A stretch of DNA of 63,908 nt, filler included, from Chiloscyllium plagiosum (GCF_004010195.1; 6 parts of one record of this genome joined end to end with filler, not necessarily neighbours in it); one strand, 5' to 3'; positions 1 through 12,915 are shown, counted from the whole stretch's first letter. Numbers and translations are program-made. Notes: generated by a model not told the origin, from the letters alone.

Positions 1-235
1 TAACCTACTTGCTGGACTACAAGTCCGGATCCCATCCCCCTGCCAAATTAGTTTAAACCCCCCCGAAGAGTGCTAGCAAACCTACCCCCCAGGATATTGG
101 TGCTCTTCTGGTTCAGGTGCAACCCGTCCTGCTTGTACAGGTCCCACCTTCCCCAGAATGCAGTCCAATTGTCCAAATACCTGAAGCCCTCCCTCCTTGC
201 AGCCACGTGTTCAACTGCACTCTCTCCCTATTCCT
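1..235 (-). mobile_element. CR1 LINE fragment (end of SGNH-esterase ORF1)
   Basis: Near-identical to ~48476-48720, which encodes ...FRYLDNWTAFWGRWDL..DRLHLNQKGTNILGG on the minus strand. Confidence 0.85.
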
Positions 236-1011
236 ATTATGGTGAAGAGATAGTTGGCAAGGCAAATTGGAATTGCATTTGGGGATCCTGCTTGAATTCC
301 AAAACTGCTAGCTAAGTAGTTTTGCCCAGGAATTTGAAATTTGCTGACAATTTCCTGACACTTGAAAGCCTCCTAAAAAGGCCCTTAGAATTGGAGATTT
401 CAGAGGGTTCTGAATCACTTCAGCTTATTAGTTACCCAGGAAAAGGTGAGGTTTAAAACTTTACTCAAGTTACTGGTAACCATCAATCTGAACACCCAAA
501 AAAACCCCACTGACTACACTCAAATAATCCAATATCTTTTACCACCACCACATTAACTTGGCTCTGCTAATCATCTGACAACAACTCTCCACCCAAATGG
601 CGTCCGACCTAATACCCTTCTCAACCCAATACCACCTATACCAACCTGATACTAACCTGACAAACACCACTGGACTCAAGACAATATCTCCCCCAACGCT
701 GTCCTCCAATGACTTACCCCACCAGTTTCAACAACAGCCCTGCTCCCAATCCCACCTATCCTAAGGTCTTATCCACGTAACTAACATTCTACATACTTAC
801 CCACCTGGCACGCTATCTCCCTTACCCACATGGCACACAAACACATTATTTGCCACTGTACTGCCTATCTCTCCAATATGTGCCTCCTACCCTACCTCAT
901 TACATTAGCTGAGGAACATATTCCAGAGTCACAATTAGGTTTTGCACTCAACTCTTTTCATTAGCTGTCATAGCTGTCACAGAATATTTAAACTACATAA
1001 TACTTATTGCT

Positions 1012-1322
1012 GGGCAGCATGGTGGTGCAATGGTGGTGGTGCACTGCTGCCTCTTGGCCTCACAGACCTAGGTTCAATTCCAGTTTTGGGTGAGTATCTG
1101 TGTGGAGTTTGCATACTCTCCCTCTGTCTGTGTGGGTTTGCACAGGGTGCTCTGGTTTCCTTCAAAGGTGGGCAGTTTAGGTGGATTGCCTATGCTAGGT
1201 TGTGCAAGCTAAGTGGGTTAGCCATGGTAAATGCAGGGTTATGGGGTTGGGATGCTCTTTGGAGGGTCAGTGCAGACTCGATAGACTGAATGGTCTCTTT
1301 CTGCACTGCAGGGATTCTATGA
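1012..1322 (+). mobile_element. tRNA-derived HE1-like V-SINE
   Basis: tRNA-like head with B-box ggttcaattcc, V-domain-like tgtgtggagtttgca..., CR1-like tail ending gggattctatga. Confidence 0.8.
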
Positions 1323-1619
1323 AAATGTTGATGTAGTTTCCACACAGATCCATTCCATTCGTGGCTCTAAGGAATCCTGGATTGGTGTTTACAGTTTGTT
1401 TTAACAGCTTGCCATATGCCTTGCAATTCTCTCAATATGTCCTGTCACCTTTGAAGATTAACAACATGAAAACCCTCATTATTCTCTCTGTGACAGCATC
1501 AAAAAATTCAATTGGATTGATTAGCAAGATTTGCTTTTAACAAATCCATGCTGCTCTCACACAAACAGAGCATTTCAAAGTTGACATTAAGGTTATGATT
1601 TACTGATGATTAGTAATTC

Positions 1620-2395
1620 TTGTGCTCCTCAATGGTTTGGAAACTGTAGCATAAAATAAGAGCTCACAGCCTTAGAGGTAGCTTAATAACATGAATAATG
1701 GATAGGTTAATAGAAAACAGAGAATTTGAATAAGGGGTGCATTTTTAGACTGGCAACCTGTAACCAGTGGAATGCCACAGGGATCAGTGTTGGGGCTACA
1801 ATTATTTACAATTTATGTTAATGGCTTGGATGAAGACAGTGAATGTACTATAGCTGAGTCTATGCATAACACAAATAGGTGGCAAGGCAAGTAGTCAGCA
1901 TGACACAAAGAGTTTACAGATAGATATTAAGCAAGCAGACAAAAACTTAGCAGATGGAACAGTAAAACTTTACAGTAGAAAAAGGTTAGGTTATGCATTT
2001 TGGCAGGAAGAATAGAAGATCTAAAAATTATTTAAATGAAGATAGATTTTAGAAAGTTACAGCACAGAGAGATTTGGGAATCCTCCTGCGTAAATCTTAA
2101 AAAAAACAATACCTAAGATCATAAAATAATAATGGAATGCTGATCTCTATTTCAAAGGGAATGGAGTGTAGAAGTAGAGACGTTTTGCCAAAAGAATACA
2201 TGGCACTGATGATGTACAGCTAGAATACTGTGAACAGTTTTGGCCCCCTTATCTAATGAAAGATTATACTGGCACTGGAAGCAATCTGAAGAATACTCAC
2301 TGGGCTGCTCCCTAGTATGGAAGGGTTCTCTTACGAGGAGAAGTTCAGTAGATTGGTCTTGCGTTCATTGGAGTTTACAAGAATGAGAACTAACC
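1620..2395 (+). mobile_element. old degenerate CR1 RT fragment
   Basis: [13 protein letters not shown] motif (atgccacagggatcagtgttgggg) and downstream CR1 C-terminal homology with many stops. Confidence 0.7.
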
Positions 2396-3149
2396 CTTTA
2401 TCCCCTTTGCATCATAGAGTGAAGATTTGGGCTGTTTTGTAATCTATTGGTTACAATCAGCTGCACTGAGCAAGGCACATTCCTGATGCTAGACGTCCAA
2501 AGCACGCTCTCTATTTGTTATGGCAACTGAAGGGTAGAGGGAGTCCACAAATCCTTGCTAAAAAATTGTAATATCATGCTGTCAGCAATTCCCTGCTCCA
2601 TTTCATGGGACTCACTCATTCAAGACCATCCAAACCAGGGAAGTGCAAAGAACAAAGAAAGTTTTCAGCCCAGGAACAGGCCGTTCGGCCCTCCAAGCCT
2701 GAGCCAATCCAAATCTACTGTGTAAACCTGCAGCCCAATTACTAAGCATCTGTATGCCTCTGCTCCCCACCGATTCATGCAGCTGTCCAGATGCATCTTA
2801 AATGAATCTACCACGAAGTATTATCCACGAAGCTGCCTTCCATTTCAAGCTTATCCTGTGACTCAGGAGGAGACCAAGCATGGAAGGAGCATGTGAAAAT
2901 CCAAGTATCCCACCCATCCATCCATGTCTTCAAACCCAACTGTGGCAGAGTGTGCAAATCCACAAATTACAAGTGGAAGGAAGTCTTCCTGAGTCTCAAG
3001 AGGATATCTATGAGGAAGAGGAAATGCTATAGAGCTCCATATCTTTGTTGTGAAATGATCTATTTTCCCTTCAATTCCAGTTGAATGGTTTGGTAAGAGA
3101 GACTGGCAGGGGGAGGTAGAATCCAAGAATTCTTTAGTGATGCCTAGTT

Positions 3150-3665
3150 GCAGCATAGGTAGACAGGGGGTGAAGAAGGCATTTAGCATGCTTGCCTTAA
3201 TTGCTCAGACCATAGAGTTTGGACATTGGTGAGGCCACTTTTGGAGTATTGTGTATAGTTCTGGTTGCTCTGCTATATGAAGGGTATTATTAAATTGGAT
3301 AGGGTCAGAAATGTATTTTTCCAGGATCAGAGAGCTTGATTTATAAGGAGAGGTTGGATAGCTGGGATATTTTTCACTGGAGCATTGAAGGTTGAGGAAT
3401 ATCTTTATCGATGTTTGTAAAATCATGAGAGACATAGATAAAGTGAATAGCAAAAGTCTTTTGCCTAAGATGGGGGGGATTCAAAATTAGGGAGTCCATT
3501 TTTAAGGTGAGAGGAGAAAGATTTAAAAGGGACATGAGGGACAACATTCTCACACAGAAATGGAATGGACTGCCAAAGGATGTGATAGATGCAGGTACAG
3601 TTACAACATTTTAAAGTCATTTGGATAGGTACAAGAATAGGAGAGGTTTAGAGGGATAATTGGCA
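3150..3665 (+). mobile_element. CR1 3' fragment
   Basis: Homologous to the 3' ends of the other CR1 copies (e.g. reverse complement of ~6560-7140). Confidence 0.75.
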
Positions 3666-3924
3666 AGTTCTCCCTTTTTCCACACGAGGTGTGGAAGGTG
3701 CAAGGAATCACATTGGATTCCAGAAAGACAAAGGCCACAAGTGAATTATTAAATGACAAATAGTTGCTCTTAAGGATGGTGAATCAAATAAGAAAGCTGA
3801 TTCCTAACCTAAACAGTCTCACTTAATCAATAAGAGAGCTTTTAAAGAGTCAGTAACATACTACACCTTTTCAGATGGTTAAGGAGAAGCTGATCTGTAA
3901 ATGCATCAACTGTGGGGTTAGATT

Positions 3925-4240
3925 ATTGTTTATCGTGGGATGATAGGCATCACTGGCCAGTAATTATTGTCCATCCCTAGCTGCCCTTGAACTGAACGGC
4001 TAGATAGACCATTTCAGAAGGCAGTTGTGAGTCAACCACATTTTTGCAGGTCTGGAATCACACGTAGGCCAGATCAGGTAAAGATGGCAGATTTCTTTCC
4101 CCAAAGAACCTTAGTAAACCAAATGGGTTTTTCCAAACACCATACATTTTTTGTTTGTTGAATTCCAATTCCATCCTCTGCCTTTGCAGGATTTGAACCT
4201 GAATCCCCAGAACATTAGCTGACTTTCTAGATTAGTAGCA
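3925..4240 (-). mobile_element. tRNA-derived SINE with L2-like tail
   Basis: Reverse complement resembles the plus-strand copy at ~12595-12915; tail shared with the L2-like element end at ~24090-24170. Confidence 0.6.
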
Positions 4241-5206
4241 GCCTTCTGAAATGGTCTATCTAGCCGTTCAGTTCAAGGGCAGCTAGGGATGGACAATAAT
4301 TACTGGCCAGCAATAATTAGTCTGCAGATGATCTCCAGCATCTGCAGACCTCACTTTCTCCTCCTTTCTAGATTAGTAGCCCAGCAATAATACCAGGATA
4401 TAGGTTTGCTCACTGAAGGTTCAGTTTCAGATGTTTTGTCACTATACGAGGTAATATCATCAATGAGCCTCTGGATGAAGCCCAGCAATAACACTGCTAG
4501 GCTATCACCTCCCTTTAATGCAGTTGCCCAGAGTCCCAAAACCAAGAAGCCCATATCCTTCCCATCAACAGCATTGACAGAAACCCATCAGAGACATGCT
4601 AGAATTGCTGTTGCATGAGGATGAGAATGGCTTAGGAGGTTATTTCATGAGATTGAGGTTCCAAGTCAAAACAGATCAGAAACCACCAGTCACAATACTG
4701 TGACAAAAGGAAATAGCATAAGTTCCATTGCAAAGGCAGAGATTGAGCTCAGACCAATGAGATATGACTGAATAAGAGCCTCTGTCCCAGCCAAGGCCCA
4801 GATTATGCTTGATATATACTATCCAGGATAACAGTGTCTCAGGCTGACAAACAGGACTTAATCTTCATTGAAGCGAATGAATCACAGTTTACTATAGTTA
4901 TAAGTAAACTACCAACCACTGAGATGAAGCTAAGAGAAATTTGTGCAACTCGGACAGACGACCAGGAGTGCACAAAGATGAGACAGTTTTATCTGGAAGA
5001 GTCGGGTAGATATGGTTTAACAGATGAAGTTCTGAAGAGGTATCATGAACAGAAACAATATTTAATAATTGTAGATGACCTGTGTATATACCAGAACAGA
5101 GCAATTATCCTGAAATCTGTGAGTAAATAAATTCTACAACAACTTTATGTGGTACTCGGGAATCACAAAATGTAGAACTAGAGCTCAACAGCTTATATTG
5201 TGGTCA

Positions 5207-5402
5207 AGATTAGAGTGGGTGCTGGAAAAGGACAGCAGGTCAGGCAGCATCCGAGGAGCAGGAAAATCGATATTTCAGGCAAAAGCCCTCCCCGAAATGT
5301 TGATTTTCCTGCTCCTCAGATGCTGCCTGACCTGCTGTGCTTTTCTAGCACTACACTAATCTTGACTCTAATCTCCAGCATCTGCAGTACCCACTTCTGC
5401 CT
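5207..5402. mobile_element. Penelope-terminus fold-back mini-insertion
   Basis: Inverted arms match the 3' end of the Penelope at 19545-19631; TSD agcttata(t/c)tgtgg(t/c)ca at 5190-5206 and 5403-5419. Confidence 0.8.
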
Positions 5403-5871
5403 AGCTTATACTGTGGCCAGGCATTTAGCAGAAAGTAGAAAATGTAATCTTGTTATGTGTCAGGTGCCAACAGAGCCATTAATGTCTTTAAAACTTCCTG
5501 AAGGGCCTTGAAATAGATTTGACTTCAGAGGGAAGACACGTTTATTTCTAATAGGCTCTTACTTTAGATGCATCAAAGTTTCAAAACTTCATACAACTGC
5601 AGTGGAGTCAGTGATTAGGGCAACACATGGTTCCCCGGAGGAAATAATTTTGGAGAATGGACCTCGATTTATGAACCTGAAATATAAGAAGTTCACCACA
5701 GGGGTCAATGAGGAGACAAGTTCTCCATTTCACCGTCAGTCAAGCAGAGAAGCAGAAAGGGTGGTCAAAACTGTAAAAATTGATGATGTTTGGAATGCAG
5801 ATTGGGGATTAGCATTACTGAGCTAGAGATCAACAACAGCAAGAAACAATAGGATTTCCACTGGAAAAACT

Positions 5872-6172
5872 AGAGTCATTGAGATGTACAGCATGAAAAC
5901 AGACCCTTCGGTCCAACTTGTCAATGCCGACTAGATATCCCAACCCAATCTAGTCCCACCGGCCAGCACCCAGCCCATATCCCTCCAAACCCTTCCTATT
6001 CATATATCCATCCAGATGCCTTTTAAATGTTGCAATTGTACCAGCCTCCACCACTTCCTCTGGCAGCTCATTCCATACATGTACCACCCTCTGCGTGAAA
6101 AAGCTGCCCCTTCGGTCTCTTTTATATCTTTGCCCTCTCACCCTAAACCTATGCACTCTAGTTATGGACTCC
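5872..6172 (-). mobile_element. CR1 3' end
   Basis: ORF 5950-6156 ...WNELPEEVVEAGTIATFKRHLDGYM plus CR1 3'UTR. Confidence 0.85.
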
Positions 6173-6374
6173 TATTCATGGGAATTCAGGCCAAATATAA
6201 CTTTCAGGAAACTTGAGATGGTCAAGGAGATAGCAAGAAAGCATTAGAAATAATATTATTCAAGATAAAGGACAAAAGTACTATTGAATTTGACAATAAG
6301 TCAGATTGTCTCTTATCCAGACTGACAAACAGAGGGAACACTCCTTAAATTATATACAGTCAGTACAGCTGATA

Positions 6375-6455
6375 TCAGGAGTCACACGACAATATGTTAT
6401 AGTCCAACAAGTTTATTTGAAATCATAAGCTTTCGGAGTGCTGCTCCTTCATCAA
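6375..6455 (-). mobile_element. Penelope terminus (family 2) with decayed hammerhead core
   Basis: Minus strand reads ttgatgaaggagcagcactccgaaagctta...aataaacttgttggactataac, homologous to the arms at 33436-33645. Confidence 0.65.
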
Positions 6456-6462
6456 ATCATAC

Positions 6463-8490
6463 AGTCATAGAGTCATAGAGACGTACAGCATGGAAACAGA
6501 TCCTTCGGTCCAACCCGTCCATGCCGACCAGATATCCCAGCCCAATCTAGTCTCACCTGCCAGCACCCGGCCCATATCCCTCCAAACCCTTCCTATTTGA
6601 AATATCCATCCAAACTTGAAATATCCATCCAAATGCCTCTTAAATGTTGCAATTGTACCAGCCTCCACCACTTCCTCTGGCAGCTCATTCCATATACGTA
6701 CCACCATCTGTGTGTAAATGTTGCCCTGTAGGTCTCTTTTATATCTTTCCCCTCTCACCCTAAACCTATGTCCTCTATTTCTGGACTCCCTGACCCAAGG
6801 GAAAAGACTTTGCCTGTTTACCCTATCCATGCCCCTCATAATTTTGTAAACCTCTATGAGGTCACCCCTCATCCTCCGACGCTCCAGGGAAAACAGCCCC
6901 AGCCAGTTCAGCCTCTCCCTATAACTTAAATCCTCCAACCCTGGCAACATCCTTGTAAATCTTTTCTGAACCCTTTCAAGTTTCACAACATCTTTCCGAT
7001 AAGAAGGAGACCAGAATTGCATGCAATATTCCAACAGTGGCCTGACCAATGTCCTGCACAGCTGCAACATGACCTCCCAACTCCTGTACTCAATACTCTG
7101 ACCAATAAAGGAAAGCATACCAAACGCCTTCTTCACCATCCTATCTACCTGCGACTCCACTTTCAAGGAGCTATGAACCTGCACTCCAAGGTCTCTTTGT
7201 TCAGCAACACTCCCGAGGACCTTACCATTAAGTGTATAAGTCCTGCTAAGATTTGCTTTCCCAAAATGCAGCACCTCGCATTTATCTGAATTAAATTCCA
7301 TCTGCCACTTCTCAGCCCATTGGCCCATCTGGTCCAGATCCTGTTGTAATCTGAGGTAACCCTCTTCGCTGTCCACTACACCTCCAATTTTGGTGTCATC
7401 TGCAAACTTACTAACTATACCTCTTATGCTTGCATCCAAATCATTTATGTAAATGACTAAAAGTAGAGGACCCAGCACTGATCTTTGTGGCACTCCACTG
7501 GTCACAGGCCTCCAGTCTGAAAAATAACCCTCTACCACCACCTTCTGTCTTCTACCTTTGAGCCAGTTCTGTATCCAAATGGCTAGTTCATCTTGTATTC
7601 CGTAAGATCTAACCTCGCTAATCAGTCTCCCACAGGGAACCTTGTCGGACGCCTCATTGAAGTCCATGGAGATCACATCTACCGCTCTGCCCTCATCAAT
7701 CTTCTTTGTTACTTCTTCAAAAAAAACTCAATTTTTAAGTTTGTGAGACATGATTTCCCACGCACAAAGCCATGTTTACTATCCCTAATCAGTCCTTGCC
7801 TTTCCAAATACATGTACATCCTGTTCATTGGGATTCCCTCCAACAACTTGCCCACCACTGAGGTCAGGCTCACCGGTCTATAGTTTCCTGGTTTGTCCTT
7901 ACCACCCTTCTTCAACAGTGGCACCACATTAGCCAACCTCCAGTCTTCCAGCACCTTACCTGTGACTATCAATGATACAAATATCTCAACAAGAGGCCCA
8001 GCAATTACTTCTCTAGCTTCCCACAGAGTTAGATTAGATTACTTACAGTGTGGAAACAGGCCCTTCGGCCCAACAAATCCACACCGACCTGCCGAAGCAC
8101 AACCCACCCATTCCCCTACATTTATCCCTTACCTAACACTACGGGCAATTTAGCATGACCAATTCACCTGACCTGCACATCTTTGGACTGTGGGAGGAAA
8201 CCGGACCACCCGGAGGAAACCCATGCAGACACGGGGAGAATGTGCAAACTCCACACAATCAGTCGCCTGAATCGGGAATTGAACCCGGGTCTCTGGCGCT
8301 GTGAGGCAGCAGTGCTAACCACTGTGCCACCTAGGGTACACCTGATCAGGTCCTAGGAATTTATTCAGTTTTATGCGTTTCAAGACACCCAGCACTTCCT
8401 CCTCTGTAATATGGACATTTTGCAAGATGTCACCATCTATTTTCCCACAGTCTATATCTTCCATCTCCTTTTCCATAGTAAATACTGATG
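6463..8490 (-). mobile_element. 5'-truncated CR1 LINE (RT ORF2), interrupted by a SINE
   Basis: ORF 6465-7676 contains GVPQRSVLGP and [10 protein letters not shown] motifs; 3' ctctatga repeats; upstream NYRPVSLTS in ORF 7709-7972. Confidence 0.92.
8028..8330 (-). mobile_element. HE1-like V-SINE nested in CR1
   Basis: Head gtggcacagtggttagcactgctgcc...ggttcaattcc on the minus strand; tail ends in aatct repeats; CR1 resumes at 8331. Confidence 0.88.
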
Positions 8491-10395
8491 AAGTGAAGGG
8501 AAGCACACAGGCACCGAACTTGCTGGCAGAGAGATGAAATGGTGAGAGTCGATAGGCTAAATAATATGTCTCTGCAGATGATCAAGAGTGTCAGACAGTG
8601 TGAGTAAAGTGTCAACAGTTGAATACCAAGTGAAGGGATAACCTATACTCCAATTAATTGAGGCGGAGAGACAGTTACAAACAAAATTAAAAATAAGGTG
8701 GTGCTGGAGGTAAACCAAATGACTGAAATAACTTGCTAGGTATGAGTGTTGCAAATCAAGAGTCTAACCAAAGTAACAAGTAAACAAAAACTGTACAAAC
8801 TAATTAAGGTAGAGAAATCATGACAGGTTAAGGTGATGGTGTCAAATCAGGATGGTAAGAAAGATTTTTCAAATGCAGAATAGCATGGTAGGGTTGCATG
8901 TAGCGCAACATGAACCCAAGATCTTGTTTGAAGCTGTCTTCATGGGTTTGGAACTTGGCTATCAATTTCTCATTGGCAAGTCTACATTGTTGTGTATTTC
9001 AAAGGCCGCCTTGGAGGACGCTTACCTGAATATCGAAGGCTGAAGGTCCTTGACCAGTGAGGTTTTTCCCCAACTGGGAGGGAACACCCCTGTGAGGTGA
9101 TTGTTGCATGGTGTTATTTATTCATTGTCCTAGCATCTGTATGGTCTCGCCAATGTACTATGTCTCGGAGCATCCTTGCATGCAGCATATGAGATAGACA
9201 ACACTATCTGAGTCACATTAGTATCTGCCATGTACATGGTGGGTAGTGTTCTCATGTGTGACGGTAGTATCCATGTCGATGATCTGACATGTCTTGCAGA
9301 GGTTGCTGTGGCAGAATAGTGTGGTGTTGTGAACGATGTTCTCCTGAAGGCTGGGTAGTTTGTGGCAAATGGTGGTCTGTTTAAGTTTTGGCGGTTGTTT
9401 GAAGGCAAGAAGTGGAGGTACAGGGATGATCTTCACAAGACGTTCGTCGTCATCGATGACACGTTGAAGGCTGTGAAGAACATATCATAGTTTCTCCGCT
9501 CTGACAATGAAGGGTATTCTATCATTCGTATCCCATGTCTGTTTTCTGAGGAGGTCATTGTGATTTTTTGCTGTGGCATGTTCCAAACTGGTGATTGATG
9601 AGTTGAGCGTGATATCCTGTTCTTATGAGGGCATCTTTCAGTATCTTTAGGTGTCCATCGTGTTCCTCCTCACCTGAGCAGATTCTGTGTATAGATCAGG
9701 GTGGTGCTGAAAAAGCACAGCAGGTCAGGCAGCATCTGAGGAGCAAGAAAATCGATGTTTCAGGCAAAAGCCCTTCATCGGGCTTTTGCCCGAAATGTCG
9801 ATTTTCCTGCTCCTCGGATGCTGCCTGACCTGCTGTGCTTTCCCAGCACCACTCTGATTTAAACTCTGGTTTCCAGCATCTGCAGTCCTAACTTTTGCCT
9901 AGATCCTGTGTGTACACAGGGCTTGTCCATAGAGGATGGCTTCTTTAACATGCTTAGGATGGAAGCTAGAGAAGGGCAGCATTGTGAGGTTATGAGTGCA
10001 CTTGCAGTAGAGTGAGGTACTGAGGTGTCCATCCTCGATGGAAATGCACGTATCCAAGAATGAGAACAATTCTGAAGAGCAGTAAGTGGGATGAAACTTG
10101 TGTGTGATATTGTGTGTAATTGTTTCAGTGATTCCTCTCCACGAGTCCAAATGAAGAAAATGTCATTGATGCATCTGGTATATAGCATTGGTTGGAGGTC
10201 TTGTGCGGCAAAGAAGTCTTGCTTGAACTTGTGCATGAAAACTTTGGTGTACTGGTGTGCAAATTTGGTCCCCATGGCTGTTCATTGTATCTGGACGAAG
10301 AACTGGTTGCCGAAGGTAAAGACGTTGTGGTCAACGATAAAGCGGATGAATTGTAGGCTGGCACTTGGAAATTGGCAGCTGTTGGTGTTGAGTAC
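8490..10395 (-). mobile_element. degenerate Penelope-like element (RT + GIY-YIG)
   Basis: MGTKFAHQY...YTRCINDIFF RT motif (9859-10275); PPLLAFKQPPKLK and CHSNLCKTC (9218-9436) typical of the PLE RT-endonuclease linker. Confidence 0.8.
9694..9900. mobile_element. Penelope-terminus fold-back mini-insertion
   Basis: Inverted arms around ~9775; TSD agat(t/c)ctgtgt(a/g)ta at 9680-9693 and 9901-9914. Confidence 0.8.
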
Positions 10396-10469
10396 AGCTG
10401 ATGAAATGCTCCAGAGAAACAGGAAAGCATTAATCTTACTCAAGCCAAGAAACAAGACTGAGTACCTCT

Positions 10470-10750
10470 CAAAACTGAAATCTACTGCCCAAGGGACAAG
10501 GGCAGTAGATACATAGGATCACAAGCAACTGCAAGTTCCACTCCAAGCTACTCATCATCATGACTTGGAAATATATCGCCTTTCCTTCACAGTTACTGGG
10601 TCAAAATCCTGGAATTCCTTCCTTCATGGCATTGTGGGTCTACCAACAGGACATGTACTGCAGTGGTTCAAGAAGGCAGCATGTCACCACCTTCTCCAGG
10701 ACAACTTTGGAAGGTCAGCCAGCAACGCCACATCGGGTGAACAAGTTCTA
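10470..10750 (+). mobile_element. L2-like LINE 3' fragment
   Basis: Homologous to ~23920-24170. Confidence 0.65.
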
Positions 10751-12594
10751 AAAAATGGTCCATGGACACCTTATGCCCTGTTTGAACAGGTAAGCAGGAA
10801 ACTGTCTTAATGTTGATATCACCTAAGTGGGCCTGCCCATGCCCATGCCCATAGCACAGTCTAAGTTTTGATTCCTGTCAGGAAAGAATTCCACAAACTG
10901 CAATGAAATTGCACATACAATTGAAGGGTATAACCTAAGTGAGAGATTGTAGCTAGGATGGCTTACAACTCAGTTCATTGTTGAGGGTGTTTTCCAAATA
11001 ATTATTGGGTCTCTTGAATCTACTCCATTTGAATTATTTGACTGACAACAACTCAGTCAACTTAATGCCCTAATATGATGTGTGGGAATGCTAGAGACTG
11101 ACAATTGCTTTCCAGATATACTGATTAGTACTGAATTCTAATAGCCTGAAGTTTTGCACTTCTCTTAAAAAATAAAGCCTGCTAAGCACTATGAACACAC
11201 AAGTACCTTTCAGAACACAGCCCCCATTGTATTTCCTCAGTATTAATCATACAGCAGGAGAGACATGTCTCCATTGTGATAGCCTGTATCAGCTAAGATA
11301 GCTCAAATGAAAAGGAGGAGTCCACATGAGGAAGACATGGGAATTGTGGAAGGCAGCTTTAAGACCAGGAGTGTCCTGTCAGGGCCAGATCTTGGCCCAT
11401 CCCTTCCCCAAGCTTACTTGGGATGGAAAAACAAAACTAGTCTTCTAGCGTGGAGCCAAATAAAAGGAGGAGTTAGCTTAGTTTTGGTGTAGAGATCTAC
11501 CACAGAAGGGGAGGGGCAACAGCAGCATTTCTAGAAAGTGTATCCCACCCAGGAAAACAAATGGATAACTTTGTTCTGCTTCTGTATAGAAAAGCTCTTT
11601 GAATACAAGTAGTGTGCAAGGATATAGGAAAGAAACAGGAGATTCGCACTAGAAAATAGAACTGATGCCAGCACAATGGTTCAAATAACCACCTTCTGTG
11701 CCATAACACTTCAGTGATTCTTCAGAATTCAAAGCCCACTCATTGTACTCTTTAAGATAGAGACTTTTATAGTGCAAATTCTCTGTTATCTTGTACCATA
11801 AATATAACCTTACGTGATGTGAAATTATTGAAAACAGTAGTTATGATTGTATTATGATCTCATTATTGCACATACAGGTCCTGTGCTTAAATCTTATGGA
11901 AGCCAATAAATCAACTTATCTTAAGGAATTTAATATCAATTTACAGGTGAGGATAGTCATTCCTTTACACTATAAAAGTGGATCTCATAATCTAACTCTT
12001 GAGATTTTGTTATTCAACAAAAGGGCAAAGAACACTTTGTCTGCGGGGAGGGTAACACTTTGATCTGCAAAACAATGCATGGTATGAAGCCAAGAAACTG
12101 CTTTTGATCAATCTCAAAATGAATGTCCTTGATCTTCAGGTACAATTCTTCAGCTTGTGGTTGTGCAGCAGTGTCATTTATTTCCTACTTTATACTGGAA
12201 GTGTTAAAACCGTGGCTCTACCTGTAAGGTGTCTTTTAGCAAAATGTGCTCAGAGTCAATGATATATGAAAAGTTGAAATTTTGTGCAAGGAAACCAAAG
12301 AATTTAGGCATTTAAGAATTTCATCTCCTTCAATGAGACCATTTATCCAAACTTGAATGGGCATAGGGCAAATTTATTTCAGCATTTTGAAAATGTAATT
12401 ATCACACTGAATAACAAGATGCCTGTGAAAGTTGGATATTGGATTTTCAGAAGGATTAGAACAAGTTGCACAAGATTAGACATGCATCTTGGCCATTGTC
12501 TAGCCAGTCAGCAAGAGTTCCATGATGAAACAGTCACCATGTTAATAGTCAATAACACATTTAATTAGCCAGTGGTCAGCCTTCTTGGATATCA

Positions 12595-12915
12595 AGTGGA
12601 GGTACTGGTAAGTGGTAATGTCACTAATCTAGCAAGTCAGGACCCCAGCTGCATGTGTGCCCATCCATTCTGGGAACATGGGTTTATATCTTACTATGAC
12701 AGATGCTGAAGGCTGAATTCAATAAAGATTAAAATCTAAAATTAAACAGCTATCCTAATGGCAACCAGCATTAATTGTTGTAAAAATAATCTAGTCCACT
12801 AATGTCATCTAGACAGGGAAATCTGCCATCATTTCCTGGTCTGGCCTACATATCACATGCTGGACTCTTAACTGGCCTTAGGTAATTAAGAATGGGCAAT
12901 AAGTGTTGGCCCACA
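12595..12915 (+). mobile_element. tRNA-derived SINE with L2-like tail
   Basis: agtggtaatgtcact head; ...gaaatctgccatcatttcctggtctggcctaca...gggcaataa tail. Confidence 0.6.

Larger units (their letters stand above)
3700..6340 (+). mobile_element. Gypsy/Ty3 LTR-retrotransposon pol remnant (RT end, RNase H, integrase), interrupted by later insertions
   Basis: Pieces translate to RMVNQIRKLIPNL, KKPISFPSTALTETHQRHARI, GITKCRTRAQQLILW and THGSPEEIILENGPRF...TSSPFHRQSSREAERVVKTVK, in Gypsy pol order. Confidence 0.75.

Noticed and set aside
480..905. C/A-rich strand-biased tract
   Set aside because: No clear period, ORF or termini; probably decayed low-complexity repeat.
2860..2970. CGRVCKS motif resembling an RTE-clade LINE C-terminus
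   Set aside because: Too short and degenerate to assign with confidence.
5207..5402. Hairpins as DNA-transposon MITEs or pre-miRNAs
   Set aside because: The arms derive from a retroelement terminus, one arm has an unpaired extension, and TSDs are 14-17 bp; no small-RNA evidence is available.
6465..7676. 403-aa ORF as a host or domesticated gene
   Set aside because: Ordinary CR1 RT C-terminus with upstream frameshifts and several near-identical copies in the window.
8270..8330. tRNA-like A/B boxes as tRNA genes
   Set aside because: They are SINE heads continuous with V or Deu domains and LINE-like tails.
12119..12262. Hydrophobic short ORF MNVLDLQVQFFSLWLCSSVIYFLL... as a CD8 leader or TM exon
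   Set aside because: No recognisable CD8 similarity and no Ig V exon found nearby.
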